Source of the DNA: Antedon mediterranea
Lineage: Eukaryota; Animalia; Echinodermata
DNA length: 64,000 nt
Direction: 5' to 3'
Assembly: GCF_964355755.1 (NCBI RefSeq)
Contig: NC_092675.1
Coordinates: 3,777,812 to 3,841,811 of the forward strand
The notes beneath the pieces are model-generated. The model had not been told where the DNA came from. It did no database searches and saw nothing but the letters and a program-made list of their open reading frames with translations. Of this stretch, positions 25,160 to 56,500 are shown piece after piece (within the stretch, counting starts at the first letter, position 1; each line of letters starts with the position of its first letter). Position numbers and translations under genes: made by a program.

Positions 25160-26442
25160 AGTGAACGCATTGCGTTCGCGCAATGTTGTCGGCAGGCTCT
25201 TAAGTGCGCGAGTATTATGTTTTACAATTAAATGTAATAAGCTATTGTTGCTCAACTTATTAATCTGAATTTAATTTAACGTCTCATGATTCAGCCTTAA
25301 CCACGTATAATTAAGTTTTTGTTTTGTTTAGGCCAGAGTTCCGCAACCTTTTTTGACCGCGAACACATGATCCTATTTTGGGAATTTTCGCGACCCAACA
25401 ATGTGTATTTGATCTTACAGAATCAATTGATTTTTCTTTTAATGAAATTATATTGTTTTTATTTTATTTTGAAAGATATTGAGACAGTTAAGTTAATTTA
25501 GGAAATAGATAAGTTAACTTTGCGATGTCTACCGTCATATTAATACATAGTCATGATACATACATAATCACTATCGTTCTCTCTTAATCTCTATTAATGG
25601 GGCCATAGCATTTTGTTGACAGCACATCAAAAATGCACACATTACCCATGGTGGGGCCTGTGGCAAAGCGAAATTTGTTAAATGACACCCCTGGCTGGAA
25701 ATGGTATACTCTCGCACGTAAACATTATGATAGCACCTCTTGTTGGTCGGAAATGACACTCTAATAGCGAGCTCGCAATTGACAAAACGACCGTAGCCTA
25801 CTTTTTCCGCAGGTAAACACATTTGCGTTCTATGCTAACGTCAAAGGATTTTCCCGAACCATAAATATTTCCCCTGGCTAGGGCCTGAACAACATCGCTA
25901 TGAGTGTAATTTAGGATGGACCTGTTTATATTGTTCCTTCTATTATTTTAATCTTCATTGTAAAAGTTCCCACCGCGAAACGGCGGTTTAGGCCACACAA
26001 GCCATAAGTTATTTATTAAAGCTCATTTTGTCTGGAAGTGAATGGGTTTTTGGTTAAATGTAATTGTTTATTTTGTTTTGTTTATAAGCAAGAACATATT
26101 AAAATTATTTTTGAGCAAAATTCAACTTTATTAAAACTACCTGTACAAGTAAATGGTCTCATTCGCTACTATAAGTTTTTTAGATCTAATTTAGGATCTA
26201 TTTAATTTAAAAATAAATACTATTTGGTCCTATTGCGATAACTTCTTTCTCGTTAATAAATTCACTTCACTGACTAACTTTGTTCGTTTTTACGTATTTA
26301 TAAGCTTAGAGTTTAATTTAAATGCTCGTTACCAATTTTACTTTATTTCGAGTCACTTTTTTGTATTTAAGTCTTCACTTTTTTATAAGCTTGTTTGTAG
26401 TTTTACTGATAATTAGGCCTAAGCCGTTATAATTTAAGTGTT

Positions 26443-26872
26443 CAACTCAGTTCGTTTCGTAACGCGAGGTTCGTCGATTATTTAACATTGTTGGCGTCTA
26501 TATCACGCTAATATTGAGGTTTTATTGTTGGAAATGCTATTAGAACTCTATATATATCATATTTCGTAAAATTAACACTTTAAATTGGCAGAACTTGGCT
26601 GGGCATACTAGTTGACGCAATACATACATTGTTGACGCAATGTATATATCAGATACACATCAACTCAGTTCATTTCGTATACAAATACTGCATGTATTAA
26701 TGTTACCACGTGTTGAGGATTGTTGATTATTTAAAATTGTTGGCGTCTAGGCTTAGCCTAGCCCTATATCGCTGTAAAATTGAGGCATGTTTTATTGTTG
26801 AAAATTCTATTAGAACCAACTCTAGATATATCATATTTTGTGTAATTAACACTTTAAATTGGCAGGGCTTGG
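26443..26872. repeat. Imperfect ~200-bp local duplication upstream of POLR1A
   Basis: caactcagttc.tttcgta ... attgttggcgtcta ... attaacactttaaattggcag occurs at ~26443 and ~26661. Confidence 0.8.
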
Positions 26873-27449
26873 TAGGACTCCTGGCGTAGGAAAGCTATGC
26901 TAGGCCTAGGCCTACGCGCTAGCTAGTAGGCCTCAGTATTGAGAGTCGTACCACACGGCGCACACACGAGTTATGTAGCCTAGCTAGGCCAATCTTTTAA
27001 GAACATTTTACAGTAATTTTATTTTTGGATTTTTTAATCAACATGATTTCCCGAAATCCCCTGAAAACGCTATCTACCCTAGGCCCCTATGTTATTTTTG
27101 TTTTTTTACGCTTGGCTGGACACGACTGTTGTGTTGGTAGGACCTATCTCTGCTGCCAGAACAGATGGCTTCCGTAGCACGAAAATCAAAATACTCAATT
27201 CAAATTGTGCTTAACATCTATAATCTTTCTGTGTAAAATAGGCTTTTTTTTCTTTTTTTGCTAGTTGCTATTTTTATTTTTTTACAACAAACAAAAAACT
27301 GTATTAAATTAATATATGTTGTGCAATATTAAGGGGTCTTCACTATTATTATTACAGTAACAATAGTTATTAATTTGATCAGTGTTTTTTACCTGTTTCT
27401 AAAATGTTTTTCTAATTTGATTTAAGATATAACGGGTGTTGGCAGAAGC

Positions 27450-45146
<17,697 letters not shown>

Positions 45147-45309
45147 TCAAGTACTGCCACAAGATTATTAAATCGTCAAATTGTTGTGTTTGAAGAAACA
45201 ATTTATAATATATATTTTCAAGAAAGTAATATTTTATCTAATTTAAAAGTTCCGCTACATTGATTTCTCTCTTCTAATAAATAAATGCAAAGTTAAACAA
45301 TGTTTACTA

Positions 45310-45720
45310 GTATTAGTTATTATTAGTATTGTTATTTCCAGTGTTCTCCTGGGTTGTTTGTCATGCCTCAACTACATAAGACCTTCCTAAAGATGTGTGC
45401 TGTTCCAAGGATGGCCAACATCTAAGCTTTCCCTACAATGTCCGGTACATTTAATTTGTCATGCCATGTTTTTCCTTCTTTTTTTTTTTTGCTCTGTGGA
45501 TTCTCTTGATTTCAAAAGCCAGTTCTTTTCTCTCTGTTTATGATGTTTTGGTCCGCTGGCACAGCTATGCCAACTAATGTCTACTCGTGTGTGGGCCAAC
45601 ATTAATTTACAATAGTCAGGTCAATTATATTTTAATTTCTTATCCGTCTAAACTGTCATGTCCAAAGTAATTTAAATGTTTTTATTCTCTGTGACTGCTG
45701 ATGGTCATACTGTTTGTGAG
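45310..45720 (-). mobile_element. 3' fragment of an RLE-type non-LTR retrotransposon (R4/Dong-like), degenerate
   Basis: Minus strand remnants such as DMTV*TD, GIAVPADQNIINREK and LGTAHIFRKVL match the restriction-like endonuclease C-terminus, followed by a (TAA)n-like tail. Confidence 0.65.
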
Positions 45721-46377
45721 TACATTTTATTCTGTATTTTTGAAACATTTTTTAATATTATTATAATTATATATTCAAAAAAACAAAACTCTTGAACTAT
45801 AAATTCATATCATGTTTATTTTTTGTTTGAAAGCACCGACTATTCCCAATTCTACAGGCATTTATATACAGGAAAGACAAATTTACCAATAGCCGTAATA
45901 ATTTTACATTTTTACTTATCAAAGCATTCTGCGATTAAGCTAATTACTGTATTGACAGTAAAATATTTTTAAAATATTTTTTTCATTTTATATTGAATCT
46001 GAAAACATTTAAAACCCTCAAATATTGTATGGGCACCTTGTATTACAAAGGTATTCATCCTTGAAAAATACACACAAGAATTTAAAGGTTAGCTTCACAA
46101 GCAAGATATAAAATAGCTTAACATCCGAATAGAATGGGATATATCAAATATTTTCCTACACTATAAAATAACTTAAAATTAATCTATAATAAAATTGTAG
46201 GTGAGAAGAATTTTTAAATAAATTGAATAATATATTTACATAATAAGCACCAATCGAACTAATTCATTCATTCTATATGAAAATAGATTTGTGAGCATGA
46301 TTCATTTCAACTAAAGGATGCATGTTTTGAAGCATACCCAGTCTGTGGCTGCTCATCATTTGCAGATCTTGCAGTAC

Positions 46378-47150
46378 AGACTAAAGCTCTGTCTATATGG
46401 TGGTGATATGCCCAAATATGGTAGTGATGTGCATGTCCATATACGGGCATATCACATTTTGTTTGATAGTGTGGACAGAGCTTCAGATGTGATGTTCTCT
46501 TTCAGACTAAAGCTCTGTCTATATGGTGGTGATATGCCCAAATATGGTAGTGTTATGACATCAGCATGTCAATATATGGGCACATCACATTTTGTTTGAT
46601 AGTGTGGACAGAGCTTCAGATGTGATGTTCTGTTTCAGACTAAAGCTCTGTCTATATGGTGGTGATATGCCCAAATATGGTAGTGTTATGACATCAGCAT
46701 GTCAATATATGGGCACATCACATTTTGTTTGATAGTGTGGACAGAGCTTCAGATGTGATGTTCTGTTTCAGACTAAAGCTCTGTCTATATGGTGGTGATA
46801 TGCCCAAATATGGTAGTGATGTGCATGTCCATATATGGTCACATCACATTTTGTTTCATAGTGTGGACAGAGCTTCAGATGTGATGTTCTCTTTCAGACT
46901 AAAGCTCTGTCTATATGGCGGTGATAACCCAAATATGGTAGTGTTGTGACAGCATGTCCATATATGGGCACATCACATTTTGTTTGATAGTGTAGACAGA
47001 GCTTCAGATGTGATGTTCTCTTTCAGACTAAAGCTCTGTCTATATGGTGGTGATTTGCCTAAATATGGTAGTGTTATGACATCAGCATGTTCAGATATCA
47101 CATTTTGTTTGATAGTGTAGACAGAGCTTCAGATGTGATGTTCTCTTTCA
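46378..47150. repeat. Six-copy tandem array (~126-133 bp unit) of an internally deleted family A MITE plus flank
   Basis: cagactaaagctctgtctatatggtggtgat...gacagagcttcagatgtgatgttct starts at ~46378, 46503, 46636, 46769, 46895 and 47024. Confidence 0.95.
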
Positions 47151-47171
47151 CTGGGAGATCACTAGGCCTGT

Positions 47172-47487
47172 ATAATAATAATAATACCACATTTATATAG
47201 CGCCCTTTTCATGAGTAATCATGCTCAAAGGCGCTTTACAAGCATTATTACCCCAGTATTTTTGGGGATCAAACACGTATGGAAACATACTCCCATAATG
47301 CAGCCGGTAACCAGTGCAAAGTTGTGTCTAGATCTAACTGGGTACCCATTTATACACCTGGGTGGAGAGAGGCAACGTAAGTAAAGTATCTTGCCTACGG
47401 ATACAAGCAATGCGGCGAGAGTTGGATTCGAACCTAGGTCTGATGATCGGTCATCCAACGTCCAACACACTGCGCCACACGCCCTCA
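47172..47487 (-). mobile_element. Full-length tRNA-derived SINE with CORE-like centre and L2-like tail
   Basis: Minus strand: TGGCGCAGTG A box, GGTTCGAATCC B box, ggcaagatactt...tgtataaatgggtacc core, tgtaaagcgcctttgagc...gcgctatataaat and (TAT)n tail. Confidence 0.9.
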
Positions 47488-47561
47488 TAGAACCTCTTTG
47501 CTCCACTGCTAGACTTGATCACACTCCTTGTAACTTACTAGTCATTGCCTTGCTTTATATG

Positions 47562-50500
47562 CTACCTTTTAAAGTCACGATTTTGAAGACGGAAGTTGAC
47601 AGTCATATCATTAAGGCTTTGTGAGCCAAAGCTGTTGGGGTCGTAAACAACACCAGGTTTGGGGTAGTGTCTCATCTCTGAATGGGCTCGGCCTTCACTG
47701 CTTCCTCGATGACCCTTGGAATTATGACCTGATTTCTATATAAGAATAGTTTAACAACAATATGGCTGTTAAATTAGCATTAACATTTGTTACAGTGTTT
47801 CAATTTAAATACTGTTATGTATGCACTTTGGTTGGTAAATACAGAAAAAATATATTTAACAGGTAAACTGTGCCTCCTCAACAGGATCTGTGCGCAAGGT
47901 GCCATTTCAATCAGCCATGAGGTTTTAAAGCATTTGTGACACAACGTTAAAGCGTGGTTCCCACTATGACACAACGCAAGATGCTGTATTGCATAATCAC
48001 ACTAAGTGGGAACCGACGACGCAACAATGCTGCAAATATGCAGCATTACAATCAACAATTGGAAGATTACTTACTGTTTGAACTGTGCCAACAAGTGTTG
48101 GTTTTGCTGTAATAAGAGAGGTAAGCTTGTAGTAGTCTAAAAATGTCTTTGCTAAATTTCTTCCTAATTTCATATCTAGAAAAAGTATGTAGTTAAAGAA
48201 GAAATAAATGAAGTATCAAGTTAAGCTTTTGATTTGAGACAATCGAAGACTCAAACCCCCCGGATGTGTCGTTGGGTCGTCACCCAGACCACCAAAACTG
48301 TGCCGAGGAACAGAGAGATGAAACATGAATTAACATTGTTCCAAGTGGTCATCAGTGCACATTGATGGGTCAACTAGAGTTTATAATGGTCGAATCTACA
48401 GAAACTTGGATAAAGAATAGTGTTTCAAATTAAAATTAGTAAAGTTCAAATACAGTAACAAAAATGACCTATAATATGCATTTTTTGTAAAGGATACAGC
48501 TATCTTCATCATATGGATATATAGAACTGCCTTGATGTAGTGTATAGCAGAAGAACGACACCTCTAATGTGTAACACATTGTGTTTTTTTCAAGTATATC
48601 ACCTAAAAAACGCCGACCTGTACCAGCTTTCATAGCGTCACGATTGAAAGAAGTATTCATCTGTACAATTGCAGAAATATACATATAATTTTTAAAAAAT
48701 TTTTAATTGAACAGAAAAATCAATTCACACTAAATTGTCTTGACCTAATATTCCAATTCAATCACATGAATGAAGCTATATATAGGAGTGTGTGGTCAAA
48801 AGTTATAGGTGGGTACTCAGGAGAGGTGCTATGTTAAAATGGGGCTGGGTGGAAGACCTTAAAATAGACTTGGGACTGGAACTATTAAGGCATCCCAGCC
48901 CACGTCAACCCATCACAATTGCATTCATGTAATCATATCAAACATACCATAGAAAAGTCGTCAGCGTTTCCACACATAAGTTTAGGGAAGACTGCTTGTT
49001 TCTCATAACGTGTTGCATCGTCGTAAATATTGCCGTACATAAAGCCGTTCATAAGTGTTGAGTGTGCATGAATATCCACAAAGAAATCTACATTTTCATG
49101 CTAAAAACAAAGAAAGCATTCTAAATTTATATTGTAACACTAAAATCTTTTGAAAAAGAGGGATATGGGATCAAGTTTGCTGTCAGAAGACATGATACTG
49201 CACGCTGTTTATAATCGCTATACAGGATACTGTACAGGTGAGATTATTGTAAATTATTATGGCTTTCAAAGTAGGCAGACCCAATATTTCTCAGGCAGCT
49301 TTTGTGAGGAATGTAATGCAGTGAGGACCTACTGCAAGACCTGGAGTAAGCTGGAGAAAATCCTTGCAAATTCATACAAACCAGTATCCCTAGACTGAGG
49401 CCTATATTTCTGGTAAAGTATACTATTCTAAAGCTCTGTCTACACTATCAAACTTTATGTGACAAAAAATTGTGATGTGCCCATGTAAATGATGATGTCA
49501 AATTATTACTCCCTTCTTTGGGCACATCACACTTTTTTTGTCAAACTAGTTTGATAGTTTAAACAGAGCTTTATATACAACTCTAGAAGGAAAAATCAAA
49601 CCACAATTTAAAGAATTTTACTTTCAACTTTAAATGTCAATACTGCTTAAAATATATTTACCAGAATTTTGAAAAGATAAGTTGTTTTTTATAATACTAA
49701 TGAACTTACTGTGTCAGCATCCATCTGCATGAGAAGGTTCTTTGTTCCATGAAGCGTTGGGTGCGCCCATGGTGACGGATCATGCCAGTGGCGGTTTAAA
49801 TCAAAACCCATAAGAGAACATCTTGCATGAAAAATAATTAATATCTACAATCAACACGATGATAGACAACTTGTATACTTACTGTATATAAGGAAACTTA
49901 AGTATGTCATGATTTTGGGAATAGATTTTATATTCAAAAAAGTTAAAATTGGTGTCTGTATGTTAAGTGCTTTCAATTTGCAAAAATCTATACTCACATT
50001 GTCTAATTGTTGGTCACACTGGACCTAAAAATTCACCAAAATTGTGACATTTGAGGAATTGAATATTGAAGCACATTCAAATGTTTCCAGATTTGAATAA
50101 TGCATTAACATGACTAGTTTCTAATTTGTTGTATATTGTTGCAAATGGAATCATAGTAAACACATACCTAGGTACAATTAATGTTATGTACAAGAAAGCA
50201 AATCTCTCTTCTAAAGCTGTCTACACTATCTAACTAGTTTGACAAAAAAATTGAGATGTGCCTAAATATGGTACTGATATGCCCAAATATGGTAGTGATA
50301 TGACATCATGTCCATATATGGGCACATCACATGTTGATAGTGTAGACAGAGCTTTACTTTTGTGAAATCAATGTTTGCTGCCCTCTTACTAAAAATATAA
50401 ATTAACTTTTATCAAATCACATTGAACATTAGAAAGAAAGTAATCAAGTAACCTGTAATTGCCGAGATAGACTCCATCAGGGTTGAGCATTGGGACAATC

Positions 50501-53500
50501 TTGAAAACAACATGTTCCCTAAGGACTTTAGCAATCGGATGTTGACTTAACAAGAAATCAATTAGGCCTAGAAGCAAAAGAAATAACATGAAAGAAAATG
50601 TGCTTTGACAGATTAAAGGTCACAGAATAGACAAAAGAGGAATATGGCATTGTCATTGATGTTAACATTAACTATTATCATCAATATAATTAATTTTCTA
50701 TTATTATTTTAAAAAATCATCACCCATTATCTATTTATTGTCATCAATATTCTATATAGCTATCATAACAAAAATATAACATGATGCAGTTTAAGGTTAA
50801 AAATGTGCTTTGACAGATTAAAGGTCACAGAATAGACAAAATAGGAATATGGCATTGATATTAACATTAACTATTATCATCAATATTTTCTATTATTATA
50901 AAAAATCATCACCCATCTCTTTACTGTCATCAATATTTTATCATCAATAAAACACATCATTTTATCCTTAATTCAATCGATATAATCCAGCGTTTTAAAA
51001 TGATCAATACAGTCATCTTTTATCATATCATCGGCATCTTTCTATCAATATATTCGAATTTAAACATTCACAATAATATTAATCCATTCTTTAATTTGAA
51101 GCCTGCTTCAGTAACACTCAAAAACATCATCACCGCTTAGCATCATCAATAAAACCATTAAATAAATATCAAGCATTATCTTGATTCTTATCATTATCAT
51201 TAATATTAATGTTTTTCATCATCACACCATGTTTACGATAATGTTTTCACTATGATTGTTTAAAGATGTATTGTCCCCCTGAATAATAATTAAAAACAAA
51301 TATTTTTTTTTAATATGCCATCACATAATAGTTATCCAGTTTGACCAAAAATCGAATCGAAAAAAATTATTTACCTAAAAAAACTGTAATTTAAAGCAAA
51401 AAAATCGTCAAATTTCCTGCCAGCCAATGGATTTTTTTTATATTATTGTATAAATGAAAACATTTTTTTTTTCGTTTTTTTTAAATGAAATCTATAAAAA
51501 AAACCTATTCAAAGTCTGATTTAATTAATCTTCATTTTTTCATGTTTTTGGGGAACAATACATCTTGAATGTTATTTGTTAACAAACTATGGTTTTCAAT
51601 GTTATCAACATCATCATTGTTTTTTACCTATGGCAATTAAAATGCTGAATCATCAAGAAAAAAAACAATGGTTATAAATATTAATCATTTCTATGTTTGA
51701 TTTTAACGACCTCGGCTCTGGGCCGGGGTTAATTAGAAGGTCATCTTAAGTTGACATCAATTGACCTTATGTGGTTTACCTTTAATGAGCTACAATGTTA
51801 ATATGCACACAAATATATTCTGAATGATTAGGAATATGTCAGTTGATTACAAGAAAGTAAATTACAATACCACATCCGTTTATAAATGAGTTTTATTATT
51901 TATTATATTTATATATAAATAATATATATGTATTTATAGCCCCGTACCTTATAATTAGAAATAAAAGCTTTTTTATAAAGTTTTAGTTAAATTGAAATAT
52001 CAGATGGAAACAATGAAATCAATATCAGTGCTTCCTGAAATGCATATTAGTCCTTTTTTTTAATATAACTACATTTATTTATTTCTGCAATAAGTACTTT
52101 TGGGTAATTCTATCATTTCATGTTCTTTTATTTAGAGAGTCATTTTTCACGCCATGTTTCTTCTCATCTCCACTGAAGTAGTTTTACTTCAATCAATCAA
52201 AATAATAAAACTTATTATGGTTAATTTTATTTTATTTATTTATTTTATTCAGTTGTCAACCAACAGCGATGAAACCGCCACTAACAGGTTGAATCAATGT
52301 TTTGAATGGTGTGTTTATGTTCGGCAATCAATAGAGTGGGAAAGTTAAACGTATATATTTTTTAATTTATTTTTGATTTCACCTTATTTATAGAGGGTGA
52401 CCCTAAACAACGTAAGCTGAGAATCAAGGGGCCCTCTTGATGAGTGTGACAGTGGTTGTTGTTGTCAAGTTTGGACTTGTACTTATGCTATGGGGTTTGC
52501 AGTTAATAACTTCAGGTATTTTTTAATAATACTAAAATAACATCAATACTAAAATAAACTTTACTAAAGATTACATTTATAAATGGAAATAAGAAATGAA
52601 ATAAAAGCTACAGTACCCGCTACAGTATTAATGTTGTTATTATTCATTCGTATAATTACTGTAAAAAAAACATTGAATGTGACTTTAATAATTTATAAGT
52701 GTTAAATGTCAAGCAAATCCAGTTATGATCAATAATGTGCCTATTACAAATAACAAACAGATTAGAAAATAAAAAAGCCTACGGAAAAGTATAGCAGTAA
52801 CTATGAATATCAATTGATTTTTTTTTTTTTTTGTGCATTAATAATGATTTTCGTCAAATTGCTATGTTCAATTACCTATCTTAGTAATGTTTTTTTTTTG
52901 TAGCATCGCTGGATGAAGATTAGGGGAATGTTTATAATGAATCTAATTGACAGATGGGCCATCAATAGTTACATGTTTTGTCAGATCTTAAAACATTGAT
53001 ATAGTAATGTCCGTAAGCTAAAATGGAAAGCACGTTCCATAACAATCCCATGATGCATTTCAGACACATTTTTGCTGCCTTTTTTGTACCATAAAGCTCT
53101 GTCTACACTATCAAACTAGTTTGAAAAAAAAGTGTGATGTGCCCAAATAAGGTAGTGATATGTTTAAATATGGTAGTAATATGACATCATTTAAATTAAA
53201 TTATTGTCGATGGAGTAAGAGCAGTTTTCTGTTTGGGCTTGTGCCTATTACTTACTCCTGGCAAGATGAAATATAAAACATACTTTTAAGATCTTTTGCC
53301 GAATAAATATTATTATTATTTTCATCATGTCTATATATGGGCACATCACATTTTTTTGTCACATAAAGTTTGATAGTGTAGACAGAGCTTTAGAAATAAT
53401 ATAATAACTATATTTTTCTTTTCTACATCCTTTATCATCAATGTAGATAACTTGTAATCAATTGTTGCATGTACATAAAACGACTACTGTAGAAAATGCT

Positions 53501-56500
53501 TTATCTTTGCATGTAGAAGCTTTGTATGTTTATCTTACCAAGCAACACAAACTACATGTGTTTATTTTAGTACACATGATCAGTAAGCACATCATTTAAT
53601 ATTAGATATTTTTAATAAATGTTGGTTCATTGATTATCTTGTTCATTCATCAAACTTGATATTTTACATGACAAGTTTATCATAACATTTTTTTTTTCTT
53701 TTTAATTCACTAAGAATGTCTTCTGTTTAAAGGGATATTGTGGGTTTAAAATATCTATTGTTAAAAATATGTATAAAACAATTTATCAACTTCAGTTTGA
53801 GAAACATAGTATCATCATAAGTCGAGCGATCTATGGTAAAGAGTCTGGTTTTTTTTGCCCAGATTCTCTCATTTTGACCAAATTTACAAAAATAGCAATC
53901 ATATATGTTTAAGAAAAACCACTTGTTTTTCGACAGCATTGAAGCAGAAAGAGAATCATCTAAATTTAATATTCACCTAAGTGAAATATTTCTCTTAGAT
54001 TAGTTATTTAATTTTAGTAAAGTGGTATTCCCTTTTTTCCCTTAAGAGTGTTAAGCTCTGTCTACACATGGTCTACACTATCAAACTATATGCGACAAAA
54101 AAAAAATTATGTGCCCATTATATAGACATTATGATGTCATATCACTACCATATTTGGGCATATCTCTACCATATTTTGGCACATCACACTAGTTTGATAG
54201 TGTAGACAAGGCTTTAATGACTTTTTTTTGAAATAGGTAGGAAATTAGTTATTTTAAATGAATAGTTAACTGGATAATACTACATACATATTTGGCTGTT
54301 TCAATTCATATTTTAAGTAAATTTCGTATTCCTTTTATCAATGTGGATGAAGAATCCCGCTTTAAGATATTAGTCACATGATCTTTTGTTTGGAGACAAG
54401 GGATCATTAAGGAAAACAACATGTATATAACATGTATATATTAGTTTTCGTTAGACAATAATATATATTTGGCATTGTGTAAGAATAATTATTTGTTGAC
54501 CTTGAACTGTTTGATGAACTTAATGAACTGTCTTTCTTCATATGTTATCCTATTGAATGCAAACTCTAGTTGGTGTTTCACATTATGTATGGTAGTCATA
54601 TCAAATAAAATGTGGTATTCGGTATGAGGAGTCGTGTAAAACACAAGGTTCAGGCTAGGTCTATATATAATACTACTGCCAGTTGTGATTTTTTTTTTTT
54701 ATAAATTGAATAAAAAAAAGAATTATCTGAGTAAAAACCACTTTGAGGTGGTATAGCTATCTAACTTTCTCTGTTATCGTGCAACTACAAACATATTTTT
54801 TATGATTTCTCATCCACAGACCATGCATCCTCTCAAGAATTCAGTTAAAATAATCAATGAATGACGGTGGAAAAACATGATGCTGAGGAACCATTTAATC
54901 CAGCACTGTGAAGCTGTAAGTCAATGTTTTCTGTAATGCCAGATTAAAATAATAATAGATTTTATAGAGCCAAGTTTACAAACAAAATAAACCTTTAGCA
55001 CTTGATAAGATATTGTTATTTTATTATAAGAGAATTTAATTAGGTATTTAATTTATCATATTTAATAAATATTTATGTTATTCAATTTTTTCTAATAATA
55101 ACATCGAATAGATTTTAAAGAGTCAAGTTAAATTTAAAACTTTTAGCACGGTATTGATTATAAATCATTTTCCGTCATTGGACTGAAGTTATGGAATAAT
55201 TTACCTATTAATGTGCGTATAGCTATAAGTGTACAATGTTTTAAAACATTTTTTTTAAGTTTTCTTTTCCCTAAGGAATAATTTAGATTTTTCTTGTATA
55301 CTGTTCTAATTAATGTACAGCGCTTTGGTTTCCTTTATAAATCTATTGTTATTTTCCAGTTTGTATTGTAGAGGAGTATATTATGCCATACATTGAAAAT
55401 AATATATCAACAATGTTCTGTGATGATCACGGATTACGTTCTGCGATCATCAGACCACGAGGGACTGCATATTTAATATCCTTTCAATATCTCTGAAGTT
55501 CACTGACAGCTTATACTTTCCCCAACAAATTCATTTTTTTTTCCATGACAAGTTTGTAATAACAGATCTAGTCTATTTAAGATATTGCTATCAACTATCA
55601 AATAACGGAATGAGGTAGGAAATTTACATTAAAAGGCAATAAATTAAGAAAAGATTGGAATCACTTTGGTAATACAATACTTGTTTATTCCATAGATAAA
55701 GTATCGTGAAATGTAATATCGCTGAAATGTAAGGAGATTTAAAATCCTAGGCCGATATGGTATGTTTGATGGACAGTACAAAGGGAAGGATTAAACGAAA
55801 AAGTGATATAAAGAAAAATGAATAATCTTAGAGAAAGAGTTTGAATACATGTTGAGTGTCGGACAAAACAATGACTAGTAGAGTGGTCAACTTAAAGTAA
55901 GACAACTGAACCAAAACTCACAAATATTGAAATAATTATGAATGGAAAAGGAACATGGATGCCATATTTCTTAGTCACTTACTAATTGGTACTACATACC
56001 TCGGACACTCTCTTTCTAACAACACTATTACTTGACAAATCAACCATATCACTTTGCTGATGACAAATCACCCATATCACTTTCTGATGACAAATCATCA
56101 ATACCACTTTATGATGACAAATCATCATCATCACTTTCTGATGACAAATCATCACCACCACTTTCTGATGACAAATCACCATTATAACTTTCTGATGACA
56201 AATGATTTTCTGACTATCACCATTTTCACTTACATCACTATCATTAATGACATCATCACCAACACTTTTACTTACCTTGACAAACGTAAGATGCTGGTGA
56301 CTCTCCTGGGTGTACCCGTGCCGTGATGAAGACCACACGTTGGGAGACTCCACTAGCAAGGTTTTCTGGCTTGGTAATTGTAAGTAAGTCTAATCTTCTT
56401 TGTTGCTATGAAAAAAATAAATACACATTACATCAAATTGGGTCAACACCAATATTTCATCAATAATAAAAATGAAAAAGGTATTTTAATGTAAGCATTT

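Noticed and set aside
47410-47487. tRNA-like A and B boxes (also ~14835-14900, ~28960-29010, ~36560-36620)
   Set aside because: No complete cloverleaf; at 47410-47487 the boxes continue into a SINE body and tail, and the others look like decayed SINE heads.
55982-56359. ORFs with ICHQKV / MTNHH repeats
   Set aside because: Translations of a 30-bp minisatellite overlapping AGBL4 exon 6 in a different frame.
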